A stretch of DNA of 53,652 nt, filler included, from Sphacelaria rigidula (lineage: Eukaryota), in the NCBI GenBank assembly GCA_964200075.2. It is 3 parts of 3 records of this genome, joined end to end, with 100 filler letters (N's around TTAATTAATTAA, not from the genome) between each part and the next. Parts side by side here need not be neighbours in the genome. Positions count along the whole stretch, not along the records: positions 17,926 to 35,741 come from CAXNAA020000986.1; positions 35,842 to 53,652 come from CAXNAA020000987.1; 1 more part is not named here. One strand, written 5' to 3'. Below, piece after piece: positions 24,471 through 35,845 of the stretch. The number at the start of each line of letters is the position of its first letter. The stretch's first letter is position 1. The notes below the pieces were generated by a model. It searched no databases. It was not told the DNA's origin and saw only the letters and a program-made list of their open reading frames with translations. The translations under genes and the position numbers were made by a program.

Positions 24471-26033
24471 ATGGCACATCGACGAAGGCAGTGTCGCTCC
24501 CACGAGGACTGCTCCAAGCTTGCGTGGTATGGGTTGAAGGGTTCGAGGACACCAGAGTTCTGCTCGTACCACGCAAAGGAGGGTATGGTAAACGTGCTGA
24601 AGCCGACCTGCTCCCAAGACGGTTGCTTCAGGCAGCCGTCATATAGATTTAAGGACAGCGGGAAGGCGGGCGGCGGGAAAAAGATTGCATTCTGCGGACG
24701 GCATGCGGAGGCAGGTATGACGAACTTCAGGACTAAATTATGCTCTCATGGCGGTTGCTCCTTGTCGTCAACTTTTGGGCTGGAGGGTAGCAAGACAGCC
24801 GTGTTCTGTCGTCAACACTCCGCGGAAGGAATGGTGAACGTGAAAAAGAGGAGTTGCTCATACGAAGGCTGCACCAAGTGGCCCAGTTACAAGTCGACGG
24901 GGCCTGCACCAATTTTGGCTTGCGCGAAGCACGCCACGAGAGACATGACAGGCATGACAGGCATGATTCCCGCGAAAGTGTGCTCCCACGAGGGATGCTC
25001 CAAGTCGCCGTCGTACGGGTTTAGGGTCACCAAGAAGTCGGTGTACTGTGCTCAGCACGCCAAAGAGGGCATGGTTGACGTCAGGAACAGGACGTGTTCC
25101 GTCGACGGTTGTCCCACGAGACCCTCGTATGGGTTTGAGGCCACGAGGAAGGTGGAGTGCTGCGTGCGGCATGCCGCAGAAGGCATGGTGAACTTGCGGA
25201 GCCAGAGGTGCTCCCACAAGGGCTGCTCAACGCAGCCGTCGTATGGATTGGAGGGCTCCAAAGCGGAGTTCTGTCTAATGCACGTCAAGGAGGGCATGGT
25301 GGATGTAATCAACACGCTTCGGTGTTGCCATGAAGACTGCTCGAGGTCGCCGTCGTTTGCGTTTGAGGGTACGAAAGAGTTGAAGTACTGCTCCCACCAT
25401 GCCGAGGAGGGCATGGTGAACGTGAGGATAAGGAGATGCTCCCATGAAGGCTGCTTCAAGCAGCCGAGTTATGGATTTCAAGGGAATAAGAGGGCGGAGC
25501 GCTGCGAACAGCATGCGGAAGAGGGCATGTATCGCCGAAAGGTGAAGAAGCCGAAGCGCTGCGAACAGGATGCGGAAGAGGACATGTATCGCCGTAAGGT
25601 CGGGCGGAGCTCCCGCGATAGCTGCTCGGAGCCGCCGTCACACGCGTTGAAGAGTACTGGCCCGTCCGGGGTCTGCGCCACGAGCGCCGACAAGATGGAC
25701 GTGCGTCAATCTGCTTGCGATCTTGGCGGCCGGCCCGAGCGGCCGGCCAATCATTCCGAAAACCAGGAAGCTGCCACGAATACAACCTCCGAACAACCCG
25801 ATTTTAAAGAGGATATTAATTCCGTTTCTATCACGATCAGAGAGAGCCACAGCGACCAGCACGTGAGTTTTGGGCGGAGCAGCAGTAGTGCCACCGGCCG
25901 CGAAGAAAGCAGAGATCACGAGCGAGCCCTCACGGTTGCCGCGGCGCAAGAATCTGAGCAACAGTACGGCACGAGCACGAAAGGCGATGCCCGTGTGGCT
26001 TCTCCAGGGGTTAAAGTTGAGAGCACGGGTTAA
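24471..26033 (+). CDS. EsV-1-7 cysteine-rich repeat protein (nine full C-x4-C...C-x2-H repeats, one partial, one degenerate, low-complexity C-terminal tail); possibly a terminal exon or 5'-truncated
   Basis: Uninterrupted 520-codon GC-rich ORF with tandem ~38-aa units such as CSHEGCSKSPSYGFRVTKKSVYCAQHAKEGMVDV. These match the EsV-1-7 motif known from Ectocarpus siliculosus virus-1 and brown algal proteins such as IMMEDIATE UPRIGHT. Confidence 0.93.
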   Translation: MAHRRRQCRSHEDCSKLAWYGLKGSRTPEFCSYHAKEGMVNVLKPTCSQDGCFRQPSYRFKDSGKAGGGKKIAFCGRHAEAGMTNFRTKLCSHGGCSLSSTFGLEGSKTAVFCRQHSAEGMVNVKKRSCSYEGCTKWPSYKSTGPAPILACAKHATRDMTGMTGMIPAKVCSHEGCSKSPSYGFRVTKKSVYCAQHAKEGMVDVRNRTCSVDGCPTRPSYGFEATRKVECCVRHAAEGMVNLRSQRCSHKGCSTQPSYGLEGSKAEFCLMHVKEGMVDVINTLRCCHEDCSRSPSFAFEGTKELKYCSHHAEEGMVNVRIRRCSHEGCFKQPSYGFQGNKRAERCEQHAEEGMYRRKVKKPKRCEQDAEEDMYRRKVGRSSRDSCSEPPSHALKSTGPSGVCATSADKMDVRQSACDLGGRPERPANHSENQEAATNTTSEQPDFKEDINSVSITIRESHSDQHVSFGRSSSSATGREESRDHERALTVAAAQESEQQYGTSTKGDARVASPGVKVESTG

Positions 26034-27539
26034 TTTTTGTTCCCGTTTCTTTCATGCCCTCGGGCACTTCTGTCTGGCAAAGTGGGTCGTTCAACGGGGA
26101 GGCTCAACACTTGGAGTTGTTTGTAAACCGTAATCGCTCACTTTGAAGATTACTTGTACTACTTTCGTCCATGGAAGGGTATTTTTTCAGTCCTCGAATC
26201 GGGCGGTTCATTAGATGAGGGAATCCAGGGTGAAATTTTTGTCAACCTAAATCAGGCATGGGTAGGCCTGGGTGATCCCTTGTTCAGGAACCGACGACAT
26301 CACCACTGCGTCGTCACCGAAGGATTCTGCGACCAGGTTGGATGGGACGTTTTCGTGTTCTGTGTGGGGTACCTGTTGTATAGACGTCCTGATTGAATAT
26401 TTCTTCGTTTTGCGAACGGTTGACATCGTTTTTACCTCTTGGCCGATATGCGTGGTCGTAACACGCAACATGTTCATGAGAGCACATAGGCTTCATTTTC
26501 GCTGTGTAGATTCGGCTGTCATCTATACAGTATGCAGACAGAATAGACACGACTATTATGTATTGCTTTTATCTCCGGACACATGAGTTGCCCTCCAATC
26601 GCTACGGGGCAAGGTACTGTCAGGATACTTATGTCTGCAGATCATCGTGCCTGCTTCGTGGTGGAGGATGGAGGAGGGATTCTGCGTTTCTCCAGAGCAA
26701 ACGTCACAGCTCTAGATAACGGGGTGTAGACCGGGCGTCCGAATCCATTTCATTTTTGAGAGATCACAGCACATTATTCTATAGACGAATGGCACGCTAC
26801 TTCATACAATCGGCCTCGGGGCCCAGCGAGGGACCTGTGGCAACAAGCGGCTTGCGAGTTGTGTAGTATGGGCGGCCTGGTGGAGTGTCCCACAGTATCG
26901 TTCATCCATGCCCTGGGCGTTTCTGCTGATCCCAATCCCCTGTTTCCGTGTTGTGTATTTCATGTACAACGACCTGACGGTTACGGTTTTTGTTCGGCGG
27001 CGAAAGTGTGCAGAGTAGCGAGACCGGCGTTTTATAGTACAGTACAGTACCGTGTCGGTGCTTGGTGGTACTTGGGGCGAAGATAGTGAGCTGTTGAATA
27101 GTGATATATTAGTCGGAGATTAAGTTTTTTCGGTGGCTAGAGCAGAATCAGGAGCAGCCGTCATTCTATCTGGTAACAGCCTTTAAGCAAGACATTGCGT
27201 GAAAAAAAAAAAAAAATGCCTACTAGAGGATCCCTCTTCCTGGTGTGACGTGAGACACGTCCTGCGTCATTCCTCATGTACATGCTGTATCATGGTACGC
27301 ATCGGTATAGTGTATCGCAACCTGCATGGTCTTTGCTTCCAGAATATTTTGGCCTTGTGTGTGGACATGCCAGGATGCTTACTCGGCATTCATACTCACT
27401 GGCGTGATGGTGATTGCAGTATACACGGCGACGCCCCCCGCACCACCGGAGGGTCGTGCATTCGAACATCGACCAAGTCGTTGACCTCTACCTTGAACGC
27501 GCAAACGATGATAAATGACAAGGGTATTACTGCACAGAC

Positions 27540-27636
27540 TAGCCTTTGACCACGGAAGGCGTCTCCACCAGATGCCCAGTACGTATGTACCGCACAGATA
27601 TCGGAACGGTTTTTAATATGGAGAGAACAACAACAG
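27540..27636 (+). mobile_element. Short 3' fragment of the same LINE family
   Basis: TAGCCT(T/G)TGACCACGGAAGG...GATATCGGAACGGTT...ACAACAACA shared with 4035-4135. Confidence 0.65.
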
Positions 27637-30600
27637 TAGCACTCAAGTCACTACCACCAGTTTGGTTCTGGGGCCCGAATATACTGCTGTGGTCGCCATT
27701 GTGTCCTACGCAACGATATACAATAGCACACGCAGAAACTTACCCTTACTCAATGTCAGGTGATACCAAGGGTCCGAAAGTTGTGCCAATCGCATTATTT
27801 GTTCCTCCCCCCTATCTGGGGGGGTTCGGCTTCCGGTCGCCCTCTCCGTCCCTGGTGCTTTATTGTAATAAACTTGCACCGTATACTTGGTGCATAGCTG
27901 AGGAAGATTCATGTCATCCAACTCGACAAAGGTGGCAGGAGTTTGGCCAGGGGGCATGCGTTGCGGTGCAGAAGCGCCTTTCAAGCAGAGCAACATGATG
28001 CTGCACGATGAGTTGGCGTATCAGGAGTGGATACCGGGGGTGACGGGGTATACCACCCTTGAGTGCCAACGCTTCCATCCTCGATTGTTTGGAAAAGTGC
28101 GCCGGCTACGCCGCCGAAAGTTTAGTCACCAAAATTCGCGTCCTTGAAGTATTTCATCGGGATATTTCGATGAATAGAGCATCTCATGAGTGCGGACGAG
28201 TGCGGAGTCTGTTTCATAGGAAAAACTGACTTTTAAAACTCCCCTCATCACTCAGGGGTGTTATATCCCGTCACCGGCGGTACTTCCACGGCCAAAGTTC
28301 TCCCCAAACACATGGACGTGTTTCAAGCGCCTGTGTAGCTACTACGGCAGGCACAAACTGTTTCCCATTGAGAACTTCACCGGATGAATGATATATTTGC
28401 CCGTATTCTCACTAGTGTAGAACAGGGTAGACATAAAGACTTCATTAGCACAATCGTGTCGCTGGGGGGCGGCTGCCAGGCGGGGTCGTCCTCGCAGAAT
28501 CCTTGCTGGTAAGTTTGATGATCCTGGGATACATGAAGCCACGAAGGAACCCTTCTCGAGGATTGCGTGTCCTTCAGTACACATTGCATGGAGCTCTATC
28601 AGCTCACAATAACAAGACATACGCCTCACCAGCGCACACACTAGGGTCCGCGGGTAACGGCCAAGCGTAGAGTTGTTTCGTGTTGTGCTCGTTCATGATG
28701 TTGAGCGTTGGTGTACTACGTACGAATCTTGGGTAAAGAACCGATCTTGAACCGACCCATGTCAAGTCTACATGGGGAGTGGTGGTGCGGCTCTACATGC
28801 CTCATTTCTGCTCGTTGTATACTTGTTTTAAGTCATCCTTTTCGCTGGGAGCATTTGGTGGCTTTATTGCCCCTGTGATCGTTCGATGGGTGGTGTCGTG
28901 AGAGCGGGAAAAGACGGTCAGATTTCACCACAAGATCGCGCCACGAACGGTAGTACCCTCAACTGTCGGAGGCAACAGTATTCGCCGGTTCACTTGCGTC
29001 GACAAAGATTCTAAAAAAGAACCATAATGGTTGATCCATATTTTAGTTCACTTTTTTTTACACTTTGGGACGCACCCCCACATGACGTGCGAGAGAGGAT
29101 ACAGCCAACATGTTACAGTCGGGACGTTACATCCTACACCGTAATATTATTTGACAAAAAAGGATACTTCGTGCTTCATCGCTTCATCCAAAAGAGGCTT
29201 GATCCATACACACAATAAGATACCGACTACTTTGGGGATATTACAGTCAGCACAGTACAGTACAGTACTTAAGGAGCATACGTCCACGGTGGGCACATCC
29301 AGACATCCGCATACACATACGTGAAAACTTGAAGGCTGGGTATCGTCCCCAAAGAAATTTTGGATACACCAACTACCTTCCTCCAGTTTGATATCGTCAC
29401 CATCGCGAACTCGACAACCATCAACAACTGAAGTGAGGTGGACCTGTTCGAAACGCGACGTCGACCTGATGTCCACAACAGCAGCACCACTGTTGGTATC
29501 CCTGAGGGGGGCGGCGAGGCTATGCGCATCTCGTGCTGCGCGGCGGGCGCTTCCGACGTCGGCGAGAGCACCAACAGAAGAGGGTACGTACAGAAAGAAC
29601 CCACTAAGCATATAATTGAGGAAAATCGTTGTGTTTTTGCAATCACTTGTTGGATGCTTTTTGGATGGCAACTGTTGAAGGGGCGGCTGTTGCAGGATGC
29701 GAGTGCAGGTCCAACGATCTGGTGCCGTAGAGTTCAAATGTCGACGTCTCCTTTTGTGCGAAAACGTGGTGATGAAAATCGATCTCGACTTTATTAGTTT
29801 CCAACTCCGTCTTATATCCAATCTGGACAAAGTGTCCTACAGACGGTACCGTTATAGTGAGCATTTCGCATCGATCACGCAAGAATCAGGTGCGGTCCAA
29901 ATCGACAGCCCCACCTCGCGGGGCCAGCAACGAGTAGCAGCGGTACTGTTGTAGTTGTCGAGATGAGTCACTCGTGTGTGCAGAGACCTCTCCAGTCACC
30001 CCCTTCTTGCGTGATCGTATTATCGACCTCTTCGTTATGCCGGTCGCCCCCCTTGTGCCTACATCTGTGTGTTGACTGTAGTGCACGACGACCCTCAAAC
30101 GCCCCTGTTTGTTACCAACTCGTCTCAACCCTTGATTTTGTCACAGTTTACTTCAGTGAGTCGCTCAACTGACACGCCCAATTCCGCGTCACTTGAAATT
30201 GACCTGCTGTCGAGAATGTCGCCTTACGAATGAACTACTCTGGCTGCGGGTATCTTGGTCTGAGGATATTCGAATCAGAGAACAATTGGCGACGGGCGGC
30301 GCGGGGAGGCGGTGGGTGGGTAGGTGTTTGGGGGGTGTTATATATGGTGCAATGCAGGATGGACAGCACGGACCACTCGCGGTGGCGTCCGTGGCTGACA
30401 TGTACTAACGTCATAACGTCATGCCTCTACTCTACTTTCGCTCTTTCTTGCTTGTCTCACATGAATGAAAGTATAGATGTGAAAATCGGAGCCGCTTTGA
30501 AGTCAGTATTACTGACAGATCTTGTGATGCCAAGTCTCTAGTGCAGAGCCATTCAAGAGCGGGGAGGGGTATCTGTCTCTGTGTGGTGTTGGCGTACTAC

Positions 30601-33007
30601 CACCGCTCATTTTTATCTGCCTAACCGAAGGTTTATCTCGAAGTACGTATGCTCTTCTGTGTCGCTTTTGTTGTGCGTCCTCTGTCGTTGATTTGAACTG
30701 ATGTGCTCTTGTTATGGGCGATATAATTGATGGGGCGGCAGAAAATGAGTGCGCAGAGAAGAGAAAAGCCCGCAAAGCTTTTTGATGAATACACGTAATA
30801 CTGACCGCACCCACTGCCCGCACCACCTAGTCTCCGCGGTACGATGCTGTAGACGCACACGACTTCCTACCCCTGCCACGACACACGACTAGAAATGATC
30901 GGTACAAGTGCGGTAGTACTGTTTCAGTACTATTACACAAATGCCAGAACATCGATCACTTGCCACCCGTCCACAGTCCCACCAGTCCAACGCGATACTA
31001 ACGAAGAATAGTTTGAAAATCTAATTTCAACCGCACCCAGGTACCTCCACCCGCTTCGAGCCAAGCAAGTTCAACAACGTCATCTCTTTCCCTCCCGACA
31101 AATTGTGTCCTCCCCCTCCCTTATCTCTTGCCCCCTCCCCCCCTCGCCTCCCGCTCCCGCAGCATCAATCCAATCGGCTTTCGTGACTTTACGGCCTCCG
31201 CTCGGCGTGCTGCGATGCCTATCGGCGGCCCCGGCGCCCACGAGGAAGAAAGCGGTGATGTTTGTCTGCAAGCGAAACTCATGTCGGTCTCAGGTGAAGG
31301 CGCCCTCCCGCACATGGTGTAATATCATACATACAGACAGACCCCGTTGTGTTATTCTCAACTACGAAATAGTAGAGTTAGGTGATGACCGCCTGTGTTC
31401 TCTCTTGGTGTTGCATCAATGACAGTTGGAGTTGAGGATTATGGGAGGCACCTCAAACTCGAGCTGCCTGGTATTTTTACCCGTAATTAATCTATATTGC
31501 CATAATATTAGCAATGCACTACCATGTATCCCGTCGACTGTGGAGTGATCTTTCCTGTCCGCAGCCCCCTTCCCCTGTACAGACTGTACTGTCAACTAGA
31601 AAAAAAAGGGGCGAACCTATGAGAAGAACTGCGAGTTTTTCCAAGGGGAGCATGGTGCATACAGAGTCGACACAAAACAGACGGGTACAGCCGTTACGAC
31701 TGTTCCTCGGTCCGTTATTTGTATGTATCGACCCGACCAGCCGGTCGATGGCGGTAAATACAATCCCTGCATGAAGTATCTACTGTACTCTGGCGCACGT
31801 GCGACCTTTCGTACTACTACGGGAAATGGCCTGCTGGTGTTGTGCTTCTTCCCGTGCGTAGCCGCCAGTCCTTCCCAGAACCTCAGCTACGTGTGTTTTG
31901 TTCTCGAAGTGTACGTACTCGCAACTAACAAGGCGGCAGTTCGGTATATTGAGTACTGACGAGACCATGTCTACCGTATCCCTACTGTCTCTCACTTGAC
32001 CCGCCGCGAGGTCCTCCTGTGCTGTATAAAACACAAATAATGGTGCAAGTATATATTAATAGTATCAATAATAATAATGGTGCAAGTCTCTTGGGGAAAT
32101 AAAGAACGTGAACGTAGGCAGCAGTGAAGGAGAGTTGGTGACGTCGGCCGAGTGTCGATATTTTTTTCGCAACCTTGGCGTACCCTCGTGCTGTTTACAG
32201 CCGACAACAACAGCGGACCGTGGTACCCACAACAACAGGACAAGAGGACAAGGAGACGTTCGTAGCTCGGCATTTTGTTTCGCTTGAAGAGGCCCGAAAA
32301 TGGACTTGTCAACTCCTTGACGGAGAGAGTAGGTCATGTGTGGAATCGGCATCAATTTCACTCGAAAAAAGTATTGATGACTTCTTGTGCTATTTTTTCG
32401 CAGGTGTACTTCATGTACAGACGAGCACGTGCTCTTGTACGTGTATTCGCCTCGTTTTACAGGCCGCTGTGTTCTCGCTCTGGGTGATGAAGGCGTATTC
32501 TCGCTCATACCCTTTACTGCCAGAGTGGCTCATCTGTTGAATCAGTATTTTTCACGTGGGAGGTGACGTTGTTCAATATCCTGACGATCTACCCCTGGCG
32601 ATGCTAGGGTGTGCAAGTATTGTTGTGTAGTGCTACAACAGCAACAGTAATATGTATGTTCATACGTTTTTTTTTCAAATGTTTCGCCACATCATTTATC
32701 CCAAAGACTGTTTTTTCTTCAAGTCACGAAGATGTTGAAGAGATCTCGGAAAATACATGTACGAGATGAAATTTCGAAAATCCAGGAAGGGTATCGTCTA
32801 TGTCGTAGTGCACAGTACGACTCGTAGTCATTTCCTAAGTGAAAGTACTGTAAACGGCGATGCCAATTTGATGATTCCATCTGTATCATGGACACTTCTT
32901 TCAAGTGAGAATGATGCCGACGAATTCAACACATGACCTCTCGTCGTGGAAGAGTTGAAATGGCTGCCATCTCCTCCCTCTCACCTGTTACGTTTCGTGT
33001 CCGTTAA

Positions 33008-33277
33008 CCCTTAGGTCAACTCTTGTGGGAGCGTTTAGAAATTTATTTTGCAATAATTTCAAACATTTTTTTTTGCCGTAGTTGTGTAGTTTGTGCCCGT
33101 TCACCGTGCTGACAAAGAAAAGAAAAAACTCCCCCGAAATTGTTGCAAAATAATTTTTCAAACGCTCCCATGGGAGTTGGCCTTAGACCGCGAGGTTAGT
33201 CTTCTGTTGAATCGGCATCAAGTTCAAGTGGAAAAAAGTATGCATGATCCAGAAAGACAAATCTCGCGATCTTGGGG
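33008..33277. mobile_element. MITE family C copy interrupted by a Harbinger-type MITE
   Basis: TTAA|CCC TTA [insert] TTA GACCGCGAGG...; right end degraded. Confidence 0.75.
33014..33182. mobile_element. PIF/Harbinger (Tourist-like) MITE, 169 bp
   Basis: TIR GGTCAACTCTTGTGGGAGCGTTT / AAACGCTCCCATGGGAGTTGGCC; 3-bp TSD TTA (33011-13, 33183-85). Confidence 0.85.
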
Positions 33278-34159
33278 CGTGTCTTCGGACGTGTGTGAGC
33301 ACGTTAATTTTTCACCGAAAAGTGCGGTGGAAAAGAAAACTCCAATCTAATAAGTCGTCATCTCAGTATCATTGACAGGCCTCCTACGGGTACCATTTGT
33401 TTTTTTATCGAAAAGGTGCGATGGAAAAGGAAAGTTTCAACGTGATCGGTCGTCGTTTATGCCCACCACTTGTAGGTTGAAATGAAAACGTGTCGGTTCG
33501 TAATTTTTCCAACTCATCACATCGCACTTTTTCGATCGAAAAACAAAGAGCTAAGATACACCCTGGAGACTGAATACGAACACGTATGTACTTTTACCAG
33601 TAGAAGATTATCTGAACTTTCTCCTGGTGATTCCCCCTACATGCGTTTACGGGGTTGGGCTATCGTGACATCACTTTTTAACGTGGGTATCGTGCCGTTA
33701 TAGCACCCGTGGTTGTCTCCTATCCGAGCTTTCATGTCGATGCTGTTTATCATCTTTCAGCGTTGGAGCGTAACCGCCTGAACTTTGCTTCTGATAGTGA
33801 CGTAACCGACGATGCCGCGGCGTGATGCTGCTCTCAGTGGGTGCTCGAAATTAGAAACTTCTTCTCTCAATATCGAAGGGTGATGCCGCGATAGCTGGGA
33901 GTTCCCAGCTGCTCCGCTTCTGTCATCTGGGTTTACGTGTACATTTTGCCTCCTCGAACCAGCCATTTTTCTGAGGAGGGGGGGAGGGGGGGTATGATCA
34001 TGCATGCTGTAGTCATAAGACCATTGACGTCGCATCCCTACAAAGCCGGGACGAAGCACGCCGGGTTTTCGCCGGACCAGGCTTGCACTTAAAGGATCAA
34101 TCCCTCCGTCCCTCTGACTGCCAGGATGGGTCTCGTATTGATTTTTCAAGTGCAGTTAA

Positions 34160-34320
34160 CCCTCTTGGGACCGGATTCCCAGAAACATGGTGTTTGTACA
34201 CGGGGGTCCTTTTTGTTACTCGGTATAATCTTCATTCGTTTTCAAGTAAAAATGATGCCGATTCACAGAAAAGCCCTTGCGTGCAAACACCATGTTTCTG
34301 GGAGCCCGGTCCCAAAAGAG
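34160..34320. mobile_element. TTAA-target MITE with long TIRs, related to family C
   Basis: TTAA|CCCTCTTGGGACCGGATTCCCAGAAACATGGTGTTTG ... CAAACACCATGTTTCTGGGAGCCCGGTCCCAAAAGAG|TTAA; shares the internal TGATGCCGATTCA motif. Confidence 0.85.
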
Positions 34321-34961
34321 TTAATGCCGACTCAACTGAATGTCCATCCTGTTTGGTAGTCGAAGGGTCAACCTCGGAACAATCCATTCGAGCCTATCAA
34401 CACCTTTGCCCCACTCCTTCGTGTTTCTCTACTTTTTCACAACATGCACGGTTTCTCCTTTCCCCCGTAAAGAGTAAATACCTCGAACTCGTGGTGGTTG
34501 AAGGTTTGAACCTCAGAGGGCCGGCAGATGAGTATTCTGGGTCTCACGTACTGTACCCACGTCGCTCCCACGTGGAGATGGTGATATTTCACCAGGTGAC
34601 CTACTCTCGCGGCCAAAGGGTGAAAAAAACCATTCGGGAGTCGCAGGAATCATGGCTCGTCCGAACCACCAAATGTGCGATTTCTGAGGCCTCATTGCTC
34701 GAAAGAGAGAAGAATGTTGGCCGCAGGTTTTAAGAGAGTCTCTACGCAATCTTTGCGCCATTCAACGTGCGTGTGGTGGCCATACTCGATGTGCAAACTC
34801 TGGAAACAAAGTCCAAGGATTGATTTGTACGGTACGAATCAATCACACTGAAAACAAGGCATATTCAGAGGAATAATCGTCATGTGCCCGACCCTTGTAA
34901 TGGTTTCGAACTCCTTCGGGAGCCCGGAGATGGAGATACTGAGTCTGGCGTTCACTTTTAA

Positions 34962-35062
34962 CCCTTAGACCGCGGTGCGGGTAGTCCATCTGAATCACGT
35001 ATATTTTTTCAAGTGAAAATTGATGCCGATTCAGCAGGTGACCTACCCTCGCGGTCTGAGGG
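34962..35062. mobile_element. MITE family C
   Basis: TTAA|CCCTTAGACCGCG ... CGCGGTCTGAGGG|TTAA. Confidence 0.88.
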
Positions 35063-35142
35063 TTAAAAGTCGTCATCATTGCTGATTGAAAATATATGAA
35101 ACGCACAAGGGGAGGGCGGGGAGGGGGGGGGGGGGTGTACTA

Positions 35143-35640
35143 ATGATCATGCATGCCGTAGTCATATGACCATTGACCTCGCATCCCTACAAAGCCGGGA
35201 CGGAGCACCCCAGGTTTTCGTCGGACCAGGCTCGCACCCAATCACCAAGCGCGAAGCGCCGTGGTGTGCTCGGCGAGTCGCATGAATAGTGAGCTGCATT
35301 CTGCTACGATTGTGACGCCCGAAGCCTACTGATCATCTTGCATTTGGATGACAGCCTACAATGAGTTTGCTTTGTTTTCTGGTATCGCCACTTCCAGAGA
35401 CAGCCACGGCTTATAGACTGCCTCGTGGGTGTCTCACCATTCAAACACCAATACTATAGTACGATCATTCCATTGTACGGAGTTGAGGTTCTCCCATCCC
35501 GCACAGTATAATCTAGCTCGACTACCATCATGGTTACCGCAAAAATAACGCAAGCGCGCAAAAAAATTTCAACCTGGTTGCCTAGCTTACACAGTGAGTG
35601 GCGTGTTGAACAGCGTCGTTGCCAACCGACGCCAACCCCA
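35143..35640 (+). repeat. Block D, long copy; other copies at 24238-24327, 33995-34088 and 39410-39870
   Basis: Core ATGATC(A/T)TGCATG...ATTGACCTCGCATCCCTACAAAGCCGGGACG.AGCACGCCGGGTTTTC.CCGGACCAGGCT present four times, all in the same orientation. Confidence 0.85.
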
Positions 35641-35741
35641 TCGGGGGGCGGGGGGGGGGGGGGGGGGGGGAAAGGGGTAACAACGAGTGGGGGGGGGGGG
35701 GGAGAATAGGCGGCTGTTTGTGTGGTACATCCTTTTGTTGT

Positions 35742-35841
35742 NNNNNNNNNNNNNNNNNNNNNNNNNNNNNNNNNNNNNNNNNNNNTTAATTAATTAANNN
35801 NNNNNNNNNNNNNNNNNNNNNNNNNNNNNNNNNNNNNNNNN
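35742..35841. other. Assembly gap with artificial TTAATTAATTAA linker
   Basis: Same 100-bp layout as 17826-17925. Confidence 0.97.
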
Positions 35842-35845
35842 ATAG

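Larger units (their letters stand above)
26250..35640 (+). pseudogene. Long field of decayed EsV-1-7-like repeats interrupted by MITEs
   Basis: VCRQNR at about 26530; CVDMPGC..DCSIH at about 27358-27426; GDTKG/KLCQSH at about 27760-27796; TGA-K-L-E-G-TGG then FGY..YRHH at 29322-29403; VCKRNSCRSQ at about 31264; AFCFA at about 32270; YPSFHVD at 33721; ALSGCSKL..SLNIEG at 33830-33880; SCLVVEG..FSQHA..VKSK at 34347-34480. Confidence 0.55.

Noticed and set aside
24858-25961. Minus-strand ORFs over the EsV-1-7 gene
   Set aside because: Antisense shadows of a GC-rich CDS.
27900-27990. Possible LINE C-terminal remnant
   Set aside because: Only a weak motif with no UTR or tail; the neighbouring sequence fits ghost repeats better.
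23860-35640. Endogenous phaeovirus insertion
   Set aside because: No viral hallmark genes (capsid, polymerase, packaging ATPase, integrase) were seen, and EsV-1-7 repeats are also a host family.
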